Part shown: in pieces, positions 29,873 to 40,851 of the stretch
Layout of the letters: every line of letters begins with the position of its first letter
Numbering within the stretch: the stretch's first letter is position 1
Assembly (NCBI GenBank): GCA_965214775.1
Contig: OZ243974.1
Location: 704,001 to 768,000 of the forward strand
DNA from: Nitrosopumilus sp.
GTDB taxonomy: Archaea > Thermoproteota > Nitrososphaeria > Nitrososphaerales > Nitrosopumilaceae
Length of the DNA: 64,000 nucleotides
Reading direction: 5' to 3'
Program-made: the position numbers and the translations under genes
The notes under the pieces: generated by a model
What the model saw: only the letters and a program-made list of their open reading frames with translations
Told to the model about the DNA's origin: nothing
Database searches by the model: none

Positions 29873-31303
29873 CTACATCAGAGAAACGTCATGGGGCTGG
29901 CTTTCGGCAAACCCTGCCCTTGAGATCTTGATAAATTCCGCGTTTTCCTGCATTCGGGAAATTGTACGGGCACCGCAATAACTAAGGCCGGAACGGACGC
30001 CTCCGCTAAGTTGTTTCAGAATATCAGTGACAGTTCCCTTGTATGGAACCATTGCCTCGACTCCCTCTGCAACATAGTCATTAAGGTCGTCTTCAAGCGA
30101 GATGGAGCCTGTTTCCTTTGATTTTCTTCCTATAGAGGCGGCCAACGATGCCATTCCACGGTAAACTTTGAAGCGCTTGCCGTTTTTGGTCAATACGGTC
30201 CCGGGAGACTCGTCGGTTCCTCCAAGCATGCTGCCAACCATTACAGAGGATGCGCCGGCAGCCAAAGCCTTTGTCGCATCGCCTGAAGTCCTGGTTCCGC
30301 CATCAGAGATGATTGGAATTCCGTGATCGCGGCCGATCTTTGCGCAATCCATTACTGCCGTAAGTTGCGGAACCCCCGAACCGGTGATTACTCTTGTAAT
30401 GCAGATTGAGCCGGAGCCCACTCCGACTTTGACGGCATCCACGCCTGCCCTGATCAAGTCTTCGGCACCTTGTGCAGTTGCGGTATTTCCCGCAATTAAC
30501 TCGCAGTTAGGGAATGCCTTCTTGATGTTTTTTACCGTGCTGATTGCGTTTTCGCTATGGCCATGGGCAATATCAACAACCAAAACGTCAGTTCCCGCCT
30601 CCAGCAGGGACTCGCTTCGCTCCAAAAAGTCTCCCTTTACGCCGACTGCTGCACCAACTAGAGGCCTGCCCTTCTTGTCTTTTGACGCATTCGGATAGTC
30701 AGTGTTATTTGTAATGTCCTTGCTGGTAATCAGACCTTTAATGGAACCGGATTCATCAATTAAGGGCAGTTTCTCTATTCTGTGCTTGTGCAGGATCTGT
30801 TTTGCCTCGTCTAATGAAACCCCAATGTTTGCCGTAACGACATCCCTAGTCATCACATCCGAAATTCTCTCACTGTGATCTGCAAATAGTAAATCCCTCT
30901 CAGTTACAATTCCAATTAGTTTCGAGTCAGAGTCAACCACCAAGAGCCCAGAGATCTCTTTTTCATCAGAAATCTCAAGAGCGTCCCCAATGGATTTATC
31001 AGAACTTATTGAATACGGATTTTCAATCATCACGCTGCCAGAGCGCTTTACCTTCAGGACTTCGCTTGCCTGCTCTTCAATTGTCAAAAACCTGTGAACG
31101 ACCCCGATTCCCCCTACTCTGGCCATGGCCACTGCCATGGAGGATTCGGTAACCGTATCCATGTTAGCGCTGACAAACGGGATGTTAATCGAGATGTTTC
31201 TTGATAGTTTTGTGCTTAGATCGGTTTGGCTTCTGCTTGTAATATCTGAATATTTGGGTACAAGAAGCACGTCGTCAAAAGTCAATCCCTCTTTGAATTC
31301 CAA
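29873..31303 (-). CDS. guaB: IMP dehydrogenase
   Basis: [13 protein letters not shown] pair, [17 protein letters not shown]. Confidence 0.96.
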   Translation of the reverse strand: MEFKEGLTFDDVLLVPKYSDITSRSQTDLSTKLSRNISINIPFVSANMDTVTESSMAVAMARVGGIGVVHRFLTIEEQASEVLKVKRSGSVMIENPYSISSDKSIGDALEISDEKEISGLLVVDSDSKLIGIVTERDLLFADHSERISDVMTRDVVTANIGVSLDEAKQILHKHRIEKLPLIDESGSIKGLITSKDITNNTDYPNASKDKKGRPLVGAAVGVKGDFLERSESLLEAGTDVLVVDIAHGHSENAISTVKNIKKAFPNCELIAGNTATAQGAEDLIRAGVDAVKVGVGSGSICITRVITGSGVPQLTAVMDCAKIGRDHGIPIISDGGTRTSGDATKALAAGASSVMVGSMLGGTDESPGTVLTKNGKRFKVYRGMASLAASIGRKSKETGSISLEDDLNDYVAEGVEAMVPYKGTVTDILKQLSGGVRSGLSYCGARTISRMQENAEFIKISRAGFAESQPHDVSLM

Positions 31304-31333
31304 TGAAACCCTGTTAAGAGAGTTTAAGATTAA

Positions 31334-32212
31334 TTATAAGCCTTTGCGTCGTTTTGGAAAATACTTGGCAATGGAAATTGCATCCTTTGCAGAGTTGACG
31401 CTATGGGTTCGAATGATGTCTGCCCCGTTTAAAACAGATACTGTTTCTGCCGCAATGGTTCCTGCTAGCCGATCAGACGGGTCGTCTTTTTTCAGGATGC
31501 TGCCGATAAAAGACTTGTTGGAAACCGAAACCAAGATTGGGAATTTGTCCTTGATTTTTTTGAGATTTTGAATGATTAAAAGATCACGGGAGACCCAGTC
31601 AGACGAGATTTTTGTAAAAAAGGGTCCCCTGCCTGTCCTTCGGAAAAATCCAATGGAAGGATCCACTACAAGTTTTTTGGGCGAAATTCCCGATTCTTTT
31701 GCAATTTTGACACTCTGCTCAAGCAGCTGCATGGTTTTCAGCACATGGTCTCCTCTGACGATTGTACTGCTGAATGCGCACAAGACTAGATCCGGTTCAT
31801 ATTTGGAGATTATGTCTTTCATTTGACTGTCAAATTTTAGCCCGGAAATATCGTTGATTATCTCAGCGTTGTTTTCCAATGCTGCTTTTGCAACGCTGGA
31901 ACGACACGTATCAACTGAGATTGGCAGATTGGAATGATCCTGAATTATTTTGATGGCGCCCAGAACCCTTGCAGACTCTGTCTTTTCGGATACTGCCGTG
32001 GACAGGTAGGGTGCCGTGGACATTCCGCCCACATCAATAAAATCCGCCCCGTCATCCTCGATTTTTTTTACAGCGTCTCTGATCATTGTTCTGGATATCT
32101 TGATCGATTTTTTGTAAAATGATTCTGGGCTGGCATTCAAAATGCCCATAATTCTTACCGGGCTTGACTTTCCAACGCTCACATTTGCGATTCTAGACAC
32201 ATGATTTATCAC
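31334..32212 (-). CDS. folP: Dihydropteroate synthase
   Basis: MGILNASPESF, IDVGGMST, ISVDT, SNKSF, IRTH. Confidence 0.9.
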   Translation of the reverse strand: MINHVSRIANVSVGKSSPVRIMGILNASPESFYKKSIKISRTMIRDAVKKIEDDGADFIDVGGMSTAPYLSTAVSEKTESARVLGAIKIIQDHSNLPISVDTCRSSVAKAALENNAEIINDISGLKFDSQMKDIISKYEPDLVLCAFSSTIVRGDHVLKTMQLLEQSVKIAKESGISPKKLVVDPSIGFFRRTGRGPFFTKISSDWVSRDLLIIQNLKKIKDKFPILVSVSNKSFIGSILKKDDPSDRLAGTIAAETVSVLNGADIIRTHSVNSAKDAISIAKYFPKRRKGL

Positions 32213-32225
32213 AAGCTAAGCCAAT

Positions 32226-32975
32226 TTGAGTGGTGTGATGGTGATTTCAGGCTGGAATGCAAAGTATGCTGCAATCCTCAAAGAATTCAGGTATGATGAG
32301 AAAAAAGATAAAGAGTCTGCAGATTACTTGGATTCAATTCTGAAGGAATCAGACAACTACGAAAGAATTTCAAAAAAGATCAGGGGGCAGGACGTGGTTG
32401 TGATAGGTGCCGGGCCGTCGTTGTCCAGGTGCATTCCCAAACTAAAAAAAATGAAAAAAGCTATCAAAATTGCCGCAGATGGCGCATCAAAGCCGCTTTT
32501 GGAGAATAAGATCATCCCAGACATAGCCGTCACGGATTTGGATGGGGACAGGAAAAGCTTGGAGAGGATTGGAAGGGCAGGATGTATTATGGTCGTGCAT
32601 GCACACGGGGACAACATGGAGAGACTAGACATGGCAAAAAAGTTCAAAAACTGCGTTGGAACAACCCAGTCAAGGCAACGCAAGAAAATAAGAAATTTCG
32701 GGGGGTTCACAGACGGAGACAGATGTGTTTTTTTGGCAAATCATTTTTGTGCTAGGAGAATCATCCTGCTAGGAATGGACTTTGGGGACAGGATAGGCAG
32801 GCATTCCTTAACAAGAAAATCAGACAGAAAAACCAAGCTTGAAAAATTGAAGAAAGGCGAGGAGTTGCTTGGCTGGCTTTCATCCTTTGCCAAATCAGAG
32901 TTGTATACTGTATCACGGCCAATTAAGGGATTCAAGAAAATCTCTTTGAATCAAGCAGATGCCATGTTTACCTAG
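32226..32975 (+). CDS. mptE: 6-hydroxymethyl-7,8-dihydropterin pyrophosphokinase
   Basis: GAGPSL, VTDLDG, VHAHGDN, NFGGFTDGDR. Confidence 0.88.
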   Translation: MSGVMVISGWNAKYAAILKEFRYDEKKDKESADYLDSILKESDNYERISKKIRGQDVVVIGAGPSLSRCIPKLKKMKKAIKIAADGASKPLLENKIIPDIAVTDLDGDRKSLERIGRAGCIMVVHAHGDNMERLDMAKKFKNCVGTTQSRQRKKIRNFGGFTDGDRCVFLANHFCARRIILLGMDFGDRIGRHSLTRKSDRKTKLEKLKKGEELLGWLSSFAKSELYTVSRPIKGFKKISLNQADAMFT

Positions 32976-33010
32976 AATGCATTTAATACCCATCAGGCAT
33001 CTATCAGGAT

Positions 33011-33604
33011 ATGAAGCTCTCAGAGGAACAAATGAAAGACATTGTTGCCCTGAAAGAAAACTTGACGGGGCAGGTTGAAAAACATCAAAAAGAGATCGAC
33101 ATGCTTGAGAAAAATTTGGCAATTCTTGATCTTGCATTAAAAGAATCCAGCTTCACCAGAGCCTCACATCTTGGTACGGCAAAGAAGGAGAAGGAGAAGG
33201 AAGCAGTGGCGGCCACTGCCACTAAAGAAAGCCCTCAAAAAGCTGCTGAGAATCCGATTCCAATCAAGCAAGGCAACAATGGGAGAATTATTGCAAAGGC
33301 TTACGTTACGCCTGAACAGATTTCAATTGTTCTAGATGACGACGTCAAGATTGATGCCGAGACTCCTCCCTTCAAATCGTTCTTTTTAGGCCGAATCATA
33401 GGGGAGATGAAGAAAAAAGATGCAGTTGAGGCCGGGAACGGCACCATACAGAGCGAATCAGCCATAGGTTGCACCATCAACAAGAACGGTACGGACATCA
33501 GAGAGATCATTGTCAAAAATTACCGTCAAAAAGAAAGGGTTAACGAATTGATCAGCACTGCAGGATGGTCATTGACAAGAATGCTTGAAAACATGGGCAA
33601 GTGA
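33011..33604 (+). CDS. Hypothetical protein with N-terminal coiled coil
   Basis: 197-aa ORF directly upstream of and co-oriented with guaA. Confidence 0.8.
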   Translation: MKLSEEQMKDIVALKENLTGQVEKHQKEIDMLEKNLAILDLALKESSFTRASHLGTAKKEKEKEAVAATATKESPQKAAENPIPIKQGNNGRIIAKAYVTPEQISIVLDDDVKIDAETPPFKSFFLGRIIGEMKKKDAVEAGNGTIQSESAIGCTINKNGTDIREIIVKNYRQKERVNELISTAGWSLTRMLENMGK

Positions 33605-33608
33605 TTGC

Positions 33609-35132
33609 ATGGACAAGATTGCCGTTTTAGACTTTGGTTCTCAGTACAGCCACCTAATATGCAGAAGAATCAGAGAATTTTCCGTTTATGCGGAGCTGGT
33701 TCCATTTGACATAAGTTATGAAGAGTTGCAAGGGCACAATCCCAAAGGAATAATTTTTTCAGGGGGTCCTTCAAGCGTGTACAGTCCAGATGCCCCAATG
33801 CCTGAGAACAAGGTTTTTGAAATGAATTTGCCCCTGTTGGGAATTTGCTATGGCCATCAGCTAATCGTCAGCAAGTATGGAGGAAAAGTAAAAAGGGCAA
33901 ACAAGGAATACGGTTCCTCGCTATTGACAGTTGATGACGACAGGGATCTTCTTAATGGCGTGGGGGGATCGGTTCGTGCATGGATGAGTCATGGTGATGA
34001 GGCCGAAGAGATTCCGCCGGGTTTTCAGGTAATCGGGCATACGGAGAGTGCAAAAGCTGCGGCAATTGCTTCTGATGAAAAACCAGTATATGGAATACAG
34101 TTTCATCCGGAAGTCGTACATACGGAGCAGGGAACCGAAATTCTCAAAAATTTTGTGCTGAAAGTTTGTAACGCAAAACAAGAGTGGACCATGGAGGGTT
34201 TCATAGAATCATCAGTTCAAAAAATTTCAAGGACGGAAGGAAATATTTTGTGCGGAGTCAGCGGAGGAATAGATTCCACGGTTGCAGCACTGTTAATTCA
34301 CAAGGCAGTAGGAGATCGGCTCAAATGTGTTTTTGTCAACAACGGACTGCTAAGGCTCGATGAAGAAAAGGAGATCGAGGAGATGTTCAGAGACAGTTTC
34401 AAGGTAAACTTTTTGTCAATTGATGCGTCTCAAGAGTTTCTAGGAAAATTAAAAGGGATAGGTGATCCCGAGCAGAAAAGAAAGATAGTCGGGGAAGAAT
34501 TTGTGCGCGTTTTTGCCGATTTTGCTGAAAAAAACGGTCCTTTCAAATGGTTGGCACAAGGAACTCTTTATCCAGACGTAATTGAGAGCGGAGTTTCCAA
34601 AGGGCCTGCAGCCGTAATCAAATCACACCACAACGTAGGCGGGTTGCCAGAATGGCTGAACTTGGAAATTTTGGAGCCGCTAAGAGAGCTGTACAAGGAC
34701 GAGGTCAGACAAATTGCAAAGATTCTCGATGTTCCAGAAAAACTATTCATGAGACACCCGTTTCCCGGACCGGGCTTGTCTGTAAGAATTATTGGACAAG
34801 TGACCCCTTCCAAACTTCAGATTTGCAAGGTTGCCAGCAGGATTGTTGAGGACGAGCTGCTTGAAGCTGGTTTGTACAACAAAGTGTGGCAGGCATATGC
34901 TGCAGTAGGCGACGACATGGCAGTGGGAGTCGTGGGGGATGAAAGGCGATATGGCAACATTGTAATGATCAGGGTGGTGGATTCTATTGACGCGATGACA
35001 GCTGACTGGACTAGGCTGCCGCACGAATTACTGGAAAAAATCAGCAACAGAATTACAAATGAGATTGAGGAGGTTACTTGGGTCACATACACAGTTTCCA
35101 GCAAGCCCCCGGCAACAATCGAGCCCCAATAG
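33609..35132 (+). CDS. guaA: GMP synthase (glutamine-hydrolysing)
   Basis: LDFGSQY, GICYG, QFHPEV, SGGIDS, KSHHNVGG, KPPATIE. Confidence 0.96.
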   Translation: MDKIAVLDFGSQYSHLICRRIREFSVYAELVPFDISYEELQGHNPKGIIFSGGPSSVYSPDAPMPENKVFEMNLPLLGICYGHQLIVSKYGGKVKRANKEYGSSLLTVDDDRDLLNGVGGSVRAWMSHGDEAEEIPPGFQVIGHTESAKAAAIASDEKPVYGIQFHPEVVHTEQGTEILKNFVLKVCNAKQEWTMEGFIESSVQKISRTEGNILCGVSGGIDSTVAALLIHKAVGDRLKCVFVNNGLLRLDEEKEIEEMFRDSFKVNFLSIDASQEFLGKLKGIGDPEQKRKIVGEEFVRVFADFAEKNGPFKWLAQGTLYPDVIESGVSKGPAAVIKSHHNVGGLPEWLNLEILEPLRELYKDEVRQIAKILDVPEKLFMRHPFPGPGLSVRIIGQVTPSKLQICKVASRIVEDELLEAGLYNKVWQAYAAVGDDMAVGVVGDERRYGNIVMIRVVDSIDAMTADWTRLPHELLEKISNRITNEIEEVTWVTYTVSSKPPATIEPQ

Positions 35133-35159
35133 GGACAATAACGGGGTATGGAAAAATCG

Positions 35160-35242
35160 TATAGCAACGAGCAGAAATAATTGAGGTTTTTTACGTGTAG
35201 TTATGACCTGCTTTGACTCAAAGACTCCTGCCCGTTGCTATA
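35160..35242. mobile_element. MITE-like element, family D
   Basis: TATAGCAACGAGCAG...CTGCCCGTTGCTATA TIR; inverted homolog of 5775-5856. Confidence 0.85.
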
Positions 35243-35380
35243 ATCATATGTGTCTCAAAAACAAAATTCAGATGGTGCCAAGATAAATGGCAATGCAAAC
35301 AAACAGATTAGTGCAAAAAAGAGGATATGTGTAGCCTATGGCCTGCAATTTTTTTTGACTAAATGACTCCAGCTTGGAAA

Positions 35381-36256
35381 TCAAGGCAACAGCGCAGCGC
35401 CAAATACGCCTGCCGAATCGCCAAGAGAATTTCGGATTATAGGAGTGTCAATGCTGTCTGAGAATACTTTTTCATATACGCTTTCTTTGCCCAGTGAATA
35501 AAGAAAGTCAATGTTGGACAATCCTCCCCCAAGAACTATGGCATCAGGATCCAGAATGTCAATTACGTTGGCCAGCGCAGCGCCAAAGTTTTCCAAAAAT
35601 TCTGTCTTCCATTGCACCCCAACATCAGAACCCAACTCTGTTAGAATTTCAGGAAGTCTGACTGATTCGTTGGACAGGGCGGTCCACCTTGATTCTAGTG
35701 CGGGTCCACTCAGGTAAGCCTCCACACAGCCTGATCTGCCGCAATAGCACGGGTTTCCGCTTGGATGTAAAATGTGATGGCCCCACTCGCCTGCAATCAG
35801 GTTCCTGCCTGCGTGCAGTTTTTTGCCAATTACGATTCCTCCTCCAATGCCCGTTCCCATGATTACGCCAAAAACAACATTGTAGTTTACCGCCGAGCCC
35901 ATTGTTGCCTCTGCCATTGCAAAGCAGTTTGCGTCGTTTTCCAGGGAAACATTAACTTCCAACCTGTCTTCTAGATCATTTTGGATTGATCTTCCAACAA
36001 GACACTGCGTATTGCTGTTTTTTATCGTACCTGTCTGTTTTGAGACTGCGCCAGGCGTGCAAATTCCAAGAGTAAAGTCAGAGACGCCCGAAGTAATGTC
36101 TGAAACCAGGCTGGCAATTGAGGAAATGATTTGTTCATAGTCGTTTCTGGGGGTAGGAATGCGTTTTCGTGCCACGGTTCTCAGATTTTCATCAAGCAAG
36201 ACGGCTTCGGTTTTTGTTCCGCCTAGATCAACGCCCACCCTGCTCAACAGACTCAA
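35381..36256 (-). CDS. ROK-family sugar kinase
   Basis: GVDLGGTK, ENDAN, GTGIGGG, GEWGH, CYCGRSGCVE. Confidence 0.92.
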   Translation of the reverse strand: MSLLSRVGVDLGGTKTEAVLLDENLRTVARKRIPTPRNDYEQIISSIASLVSDITSGVSDFTLGICTPGAVSKQTGTIKNSNTQCLVGRSIQNDLEDRLEVNVSLENDANCFAMAEATMGSAVNYNVVFGVIMGTGIGGGIVIGKKLHAGRNLIAGEWGHHILHPSGNPCYCGRSGCVEAYLSGPALESRWTALSNESVRLPEILTELGSDVGVQWKTEFLENFGAALANVIDILDPDAIVLGGGLSNIDFLYSLGKESVYEKVFSDSIDTPIIRNSLGDSAGVFGAALLP

Positions 36257-36291
36257 TTGAGGTAACAGACTCCCCCAAGTTTTAAGAAATT

Positions 36292-37920
36292 CTAACCCAT
36301 CGGAGGCATTGCGCCGCCGCCACCACCTGGTGCGCCAGAGACGGCAATTACATCGTCGATTCTAAGAATCATGCATGCTGCCTCAGTGGCAGACTTGATG
36401 ATTTGCTCCTTGACTACAATAGGTTCAATGACGTCAATTCCCAGCATGTCTGCAATCTTTGTGTTTCGGGCGTCGATTCCAGTCCATTTTCTGCCCTGGT
36501 TTTGTTTTGCACGCAGGTTTGCCATTGTATCAATCGGATCCATGCCCGCGTTCTCGGCAATTGTCAGCGGAATTGTCTCCAGCGCTTCGGCATACTTTTT
36601 AATTGCAAGTTGCTCCCTTCCATCAAAACTGTCAGCCCAGTCTTTGAGTTGGGATGCTGCAAACGATTCGGGGGCGCCTCCGCCGGCAACGATTTCGGGT
36701 TTCTCAATAACGTCTTTGACTACCATCAAGGAATCATGGATTGAACGGTCTACTTCGTCAACCACTCTTTGAGAGCCGCCTCTAATTAGCAATGTAACAG
36801 ATTGTGGATGCTTGCAGCCTTCGATGAAGACCCATTTGTCAGATTCGACCTTCTTTTGATGAGCCAGATCTGCAGTTCCAAGATCCTTTTCTGAAAGGTC
36901 ATCAAGATTGCTTATCACGCGGCCGCCGGTTGCCTTTGAGAGTTTAATCATGTCACTTTCTTTTACGCGACGGACTGCCATAATGCCGTGCTTTGCAAGG
37001 TAGTGTTGTGCGATATCATCGATTCCCTTCTGGCAAATTAGCACATTGGCGCCAACGTCATGGAGTTTGTCCACCATTGCCTTGAGCATTCTGTTTTCCT
37101 CTTCCAAGAACATCTGCATTTGGGTCGGATCAGTGATTCTGATTTCCGAGCTCATCTCGGTTTTTTCAATTTCTAATGCAGAGTTTAGCAACGCAATCTT
37201 TGCTTTTTCAATTTTGGTTGGCATTCCGCTGTGAACGATCTCTTTGTCAAGAACAATGCCTTGTATGATTTGAGTGTCTTGGATTGAGCCGCCGGATTTC
37301 TTTTCTACTTTGATATTTTCCAGGTCAACAGTATGATCATCGCCTCTTTTGGTTGCAATGCTTAAAATGGAATCGACAACGATCTTTGCCAAAATGTCAC
37401 TGTCTTCTGAAATTAGCTTTGATTGCATGCTGGTAGTTGCAATTTTTAACAACGATTCCCTGTCATCGGGCTTGATTTTCTTTGATAATTCAGCATAGAT
37501 TTCAAGTGTTTTTTCTGCTGCTGTTTGAAAGCCTTCGACTATTACTGAGGAATGAACGTCTTTTTTGAGCAGGTCTTCTGCCTTTGCCAACAGGGATCCT
37601 CCAAAAACGACAGACGATGTGGTTCCGTCCCCTACCTCGCTGTCGACGGTTTTTGAGATTTCAACCATCATTTTGGCTGCAGGATGCTGGACGTCAATCT
37701 CCTTTAGAATTGTCGCACCGTCATTTGTAATTGTGACATCTCCTAATGAATCAACTAGCATCTTGTCCAGTCCTCTTGGTCCAAGACTGCTCTTTACTAG
37801 TTCTGCGACCAGTTTTGCTGCAGCAATATTGTTTTGTTGGGCATCCTTGCCTTTTTGCTGCAAGGCACTTTCTTTGAGAACCAGTACCGGCCCATTAGGT
37901 CCTTGTTGAATTGACGCCAT
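36292..37920 (-). CDS. Thermosome (group II chaperonin) subunit
   Basis: [28 protein letters not shown]. Confidence 0.96.
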   Translation of the reverse strand: MASIQQGPNGPVLVLKESALQQKGKDAQQNNIAAAKLVAELVKSSLGPRGLDKMLVDSLGDVTITNDGATILKEIDVQHPAAKMMVEISKTVDSEVGDGTTSSVVFGGSLLAKAEDLLKKDVHSSVIVEGFQTAAEKTLEIYAELSKKIKPDDRESLLKIATTSMQSKLISEDSDILAKIVVDSILSIATKRGDDHTVDLENIKVEKKSGGSIQDTQIIQGIVLDKEIVHSGMPTKIEKAKIALLNSALEIEKTEMSSEIRITDPTQMQMFLEEENRMLKAMVDKLHDVGANVLICQKGIDDIAQHYLAKHGIMAVRRVKESDMIKLSKATGGRVISNLDDLSEKDLGTADLAHQKKVESDKWVFIEGCKHPQSVTLLIRGGSQRVVDEVDRSIHDSLMVVKDVIEKPEIVAGGGAPESFAASQLKDWADSFDGREQLAIKKYAEALETIPLTIAENAGMDPIDTMANLRAKQNQGRKWTGIDARNTKIADMLGIDVIEPIVVKEQIIKSATEAACMILRIDDVIAVSGAPGGGGGAMPPMG

Positions 37921-37963
37921 TAGATTCAAAAACCATGCCCCGAATCCCCCTTTTTAATATTAC

Positions 37964-39733
37964 TTAGCAGATCGGCTCGACGTATCGGCGTCTTTTGACG
38001 TCGACTATTCCGCCGGACAGAATTCGGGCAGAAGGCAATGCCAAAAACGGCAAGAACAGCGGCACAAGATGAGGCCTTGGGAACTTGCATCCAGAATCGA
38101 CAATAAAGGTACTGATTTTCTCAAAATTGTTCGAGACTTTTTCAAACGAATCAGTAGAGACGATTCCGGCAAATTGTAGCGGCAATGATGAAAGCGTCTT
38201 TCCAGACTTTACTACGACCAGGCCGCCCTGGTTCTTGACAATGTGGTTTGCAGCAGCAGCCATGTCAGAGTCGTTTGAGCCAATCACGATCATGTCATTT
38301 TCATGAAAACTCCATGAGGATGCAAAGGCGCCAATCTCGGCGCCAAAATTTTCCAAGAATCCTATCGAATGGCGTCTTGTTCCATGAATACGATCAAAGG
38401 CAGCTACCTTCCAGACATCAGAATCCAAGGATGCCGATACCAAGCCGTCCTTGACCGGAAGTTCAGCAGAACCAATTTTTGTGATAATCTCAGTCAGCAT
38501 CGAAATCGTGTTTGCAGTGACTTGGTTTTTCCTTGATTTTATTTCAAAGTCTTTTTTTGAGAATTTGCCTAGTTTTACAGTATTTTTTATCCAGGAAGGA
38601 ATTGTCTTCTTCTTCTTCTTTATTGGAACGGCAAGCTTTCCATCTGAGACTGTTAATTTTCCTCCAACAAACACCTGTGCGGGCCTAAACGACTTCAAGT
38701 CTTCGAAGATCAGGATGTCAGCTAGTTTTCCAGGAGCAATTCCGCCAAGATCCCTGCCCATGTTATAGTAGTCAAAATTATTTTTCGAAGCCATAGAAAT
38801 TGCGTCAACTGGCTCTAGCCCGAGCTTGACTGATTCTCTAATGCAGTGATCAATATGGCCAAATTTCGAAATATCCAACGGATCAATACCGTCTGAGCAG
38901 AACATCAGGCGGTCAAGATATGTCCCATGAGACAGCACTCTTGGGATGATTTCCTTGAGATCACGTCTGATTGAGCCCTCTCTAATCATGACCCACATTC
39001 CAAGACGTAGTCTCTCTATGACTTGATCAAAGTCAATTGGCTCATGACAGGATAAAATACCGGAGGAAACATAAGAGTTGAGTTTTTTGTCACTGGTGCC
39101 TGCCGTATGGCCGTTAATTATGCAGCCGTGTTCTAGCATCGAAGAGAGGGATTTCATTGTTTTTGGGTCGCGCAAAGTAACCCTAGTCCAGGAAAACACT
39201 TCGCCCAACCCAAGAACACGAGGATGTTTGATTGCAGATTTTTCTTCAGACAGAGACATTGTCTTGCTATTGCTAAATTTTGCATCAACAGGCAGCCCTC
39301 CAGGGACGACTTGGAAGATTCTAATTGGCAAATCCTCGCCAAGCCTTAGAAACTCTTGGAATCCTCTGCTGCCACCAACGCTTACCACATCAATGGGATC
39401 TGAAAAGAGGGAGGTGACCCCGCACAACAAGGCCTGTTTTGCAAATTCCGAAGGCAAGACGAATTGATCAAGGTGCAGGTGCGGATCTGCAAATCCGGGA
39501 CTGACAAGCCTGTCTTTGACGTCAGTGACCTTTGTTTTGGGGCCTATTGCGTGCGATGCGTCCGGGCCAACATACGCAATCCTGTCACCGGCTATGGCAA
39601 TCTGAGTTTTAGGAATGGTTTCTCGGGTATAGACAGAAAGCAAGCTACAGTTTTTTAAAACCAGATCGGCTTTTTTGTCACCCAGTGCAACAGAATTCAA
39701 CGAATAAATGGAATCAGCTAGTCTTGAATTCAC
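37964..39733 (-). CDS. ade: Adenine deaminase
   Basis: PGFADPHLH, GHTAG, HEPI, REGS, IAPGKLAD. Confidence 0.88.
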   Translation of the reverse strand: MNSRLADSIYSLNSVALGDKKADLVLKNCSLLSVYTRETIPKTQIAIAGDRIAYVGPDASHAIGPKTKVTDVKDRLVSPGFADPHLHLDQFVLPSEFAKQALLCGVTSLFSDPIDVVSVGGSRGFQEFLRLGEDLPIRIFQVVPGGLPVDAKFSNSKTMSLSEEKSAIKHPRVLGLGEVFSWTRVTLRDPKTMKSLSSMLEHGCIINGHTAGTSDKKLNSYVSSGILSCHEPIDFDQVIERLRLGMWVMIREGSIRRDLKEIIPRVLSHGTYLDRLMFCSDGIDPLDISKFGHIDHCIRESVKLGLEPVDAISMASKNNFDYYNMGRDLGGIAPGKLADILIFEDLKSFRPAQVFVGGKLTVSDGKLAVPIKKKKKTIPSWIKNTVKLGKFSKKDFEIKSRKNQVTANTISMLTEIITKIGSAELPVKDGLVSASLDSDVWKVAAFDRIHGTRRHSIGFLENFGAEIGAFASSWSFHENDMIVIGSNDSDMAAAANHIVKNQGGLVVVKSGKTLSSLPLQFAGIVSTDSFEKVSNNFEKISTFIVDSGCKFPRPHLVPLFLPFLALPSARILSGGIVDVKRRRYVEPIC

Positions 39734-39802
39734 GCTTTTAATTGAAATTTGCGCCTATTATAGATTCAATGCTTAAATTACGGGTCAGAAGGTTTTGTTG
39801 GT

Positions 39803-40084
39803 ATGAACATTCCAAAGGTGATCAGAAGGTACTGTGCAAAATGCAAGACGCACAAGGATCACAAGATCTCCATCTACAAGGCTGGAAAAAGAAGGGGCTC
39901 GGCAAGGGGCGAGCGCAGGCACGCCGAGAGAAAAAGAGGATATGGCGGACAGAAATTCCCAAAACTTGCAAAACCGGCCAAAGTTACAAAAAAAGTCACC
40001 CCTATTTTGACATGTACCGTTTGTAAAAAGAAATTCAACAAGCCCGGTATAAGAATTAAGAAATTTGAGTTGGTGGCAGCATGA
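39803..40084 (+). CDS. rpl44e: 50S ribosomal protein L44e
   Basis: YCAKCKTHKDH, GYGGQ, KVTKK..L.C..C. Confidence 0.95.
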   Translation: MNIPKVIRRYCAKCKTHKDHKISIYKAGKRRGSARGERRHAERKRGYGGQKFPKLAKPAKVTKKVTPILTCTVCKKKFNKPGIRIKKFELVAA

Positions 40085-40275
40085 AAAAAGATCACATTGA
40101 AATTCCAGAGCCGTCAAGCAGGTTCGAAAAAGTCAATTGTAATGAATGCGGCGAAATACAAGTGGTGTATTCGCATGCCTCGACTCCTGTTGCATGTAAT
40201 TCATGCGGAAATACGATTGCAGAAGCCACGGGTTCCAAGGCAAGAATCAATGGCAAAATATTAGGCAGTGCCTAG
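40081..40275 (+). CDS. rps27e: 30S ribosomal protein S27e
   Basis: PSSRF.KV.C..C...QVVYSH....C..CG. Confidence 0.94.
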   Translation: MKKDHIEIPEPSSRFEKVNCNECGEIQVVYSHASTPVACNSCGNTIAEATGSKARINGKILGSA

Positions 40276-40851
40276 CAAAAAATAGTCTTCTCTAGTGTTT
40301 AGGTTGAGTGCTATTCTTTTATCGTCTACAACTACGGTTTTCTCTTCAATGCTGTCCAATGAAGAAGCGACTTTTCTAGAATTAATCATGGAGATTCCAG
40401 AGTAGGCGCACTCTTTATTGCCGTGTTTTACTGTAAAGTCAGACTTTGTGCCCAAGTCATCCAAAAGCTGCTTTGAGACAAGTATGCTTGTCCAAATGTC
40501 TTGGGGATCATAAAGATTATGGATTTTTCGGATTATGGGGGAATCCAGAAGGGGCAGGTCTCCAGACGTGACAAAAATGTCCTCGTCAAATTTTTGCAAT
40601 ACCAGATTAAGATCCTCGACATACCCATCCCCCGGGGAATCAAGAGTGGCAATGCTGCTGTCGTGTTCTAAAAACTTCCTTGTGTCAGGGGAGTTCGGAC
40701 TGGTAATTGCAAAAATTTTTGAAAAACAGTTTGACTGTTTTAGTGAGTCTACAACATGAAGAATGACTGGTTTTCTGTATTTGAGGAGCAGTTTCTCGCC
40801 ATCCAAATCCATTCTAGAGCCCCTGCCTCCGGCCATGATAATTCCAATCAT
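40261..40851 (-). CDS. cobY: NTP transferase, adenosylcobinamide-phosphate guanylyltransferase
   Basis: MAGGRGSRM..EK, GDLPL, NLNT; within the cob cluster. Confidence 0.85.
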   Translation of the reverse strand: MIGIIMAGGRGSRMDLDGEKLLLKYRKPVILHVVDSLKQSNCFSKIFAITSPNSPDTRKFLEHDSSIATLDSPGDGYVEDLNLVLQKFDEDIFVTSGDLPLLDSPIIRKIHNLYDPQDIWTSILVSKQLLDDLGTKSDFTVKHGNKECAYSGISMINSRKVASSLDSIEEKTVVVDDKRIALNLNTREDYFLLGTA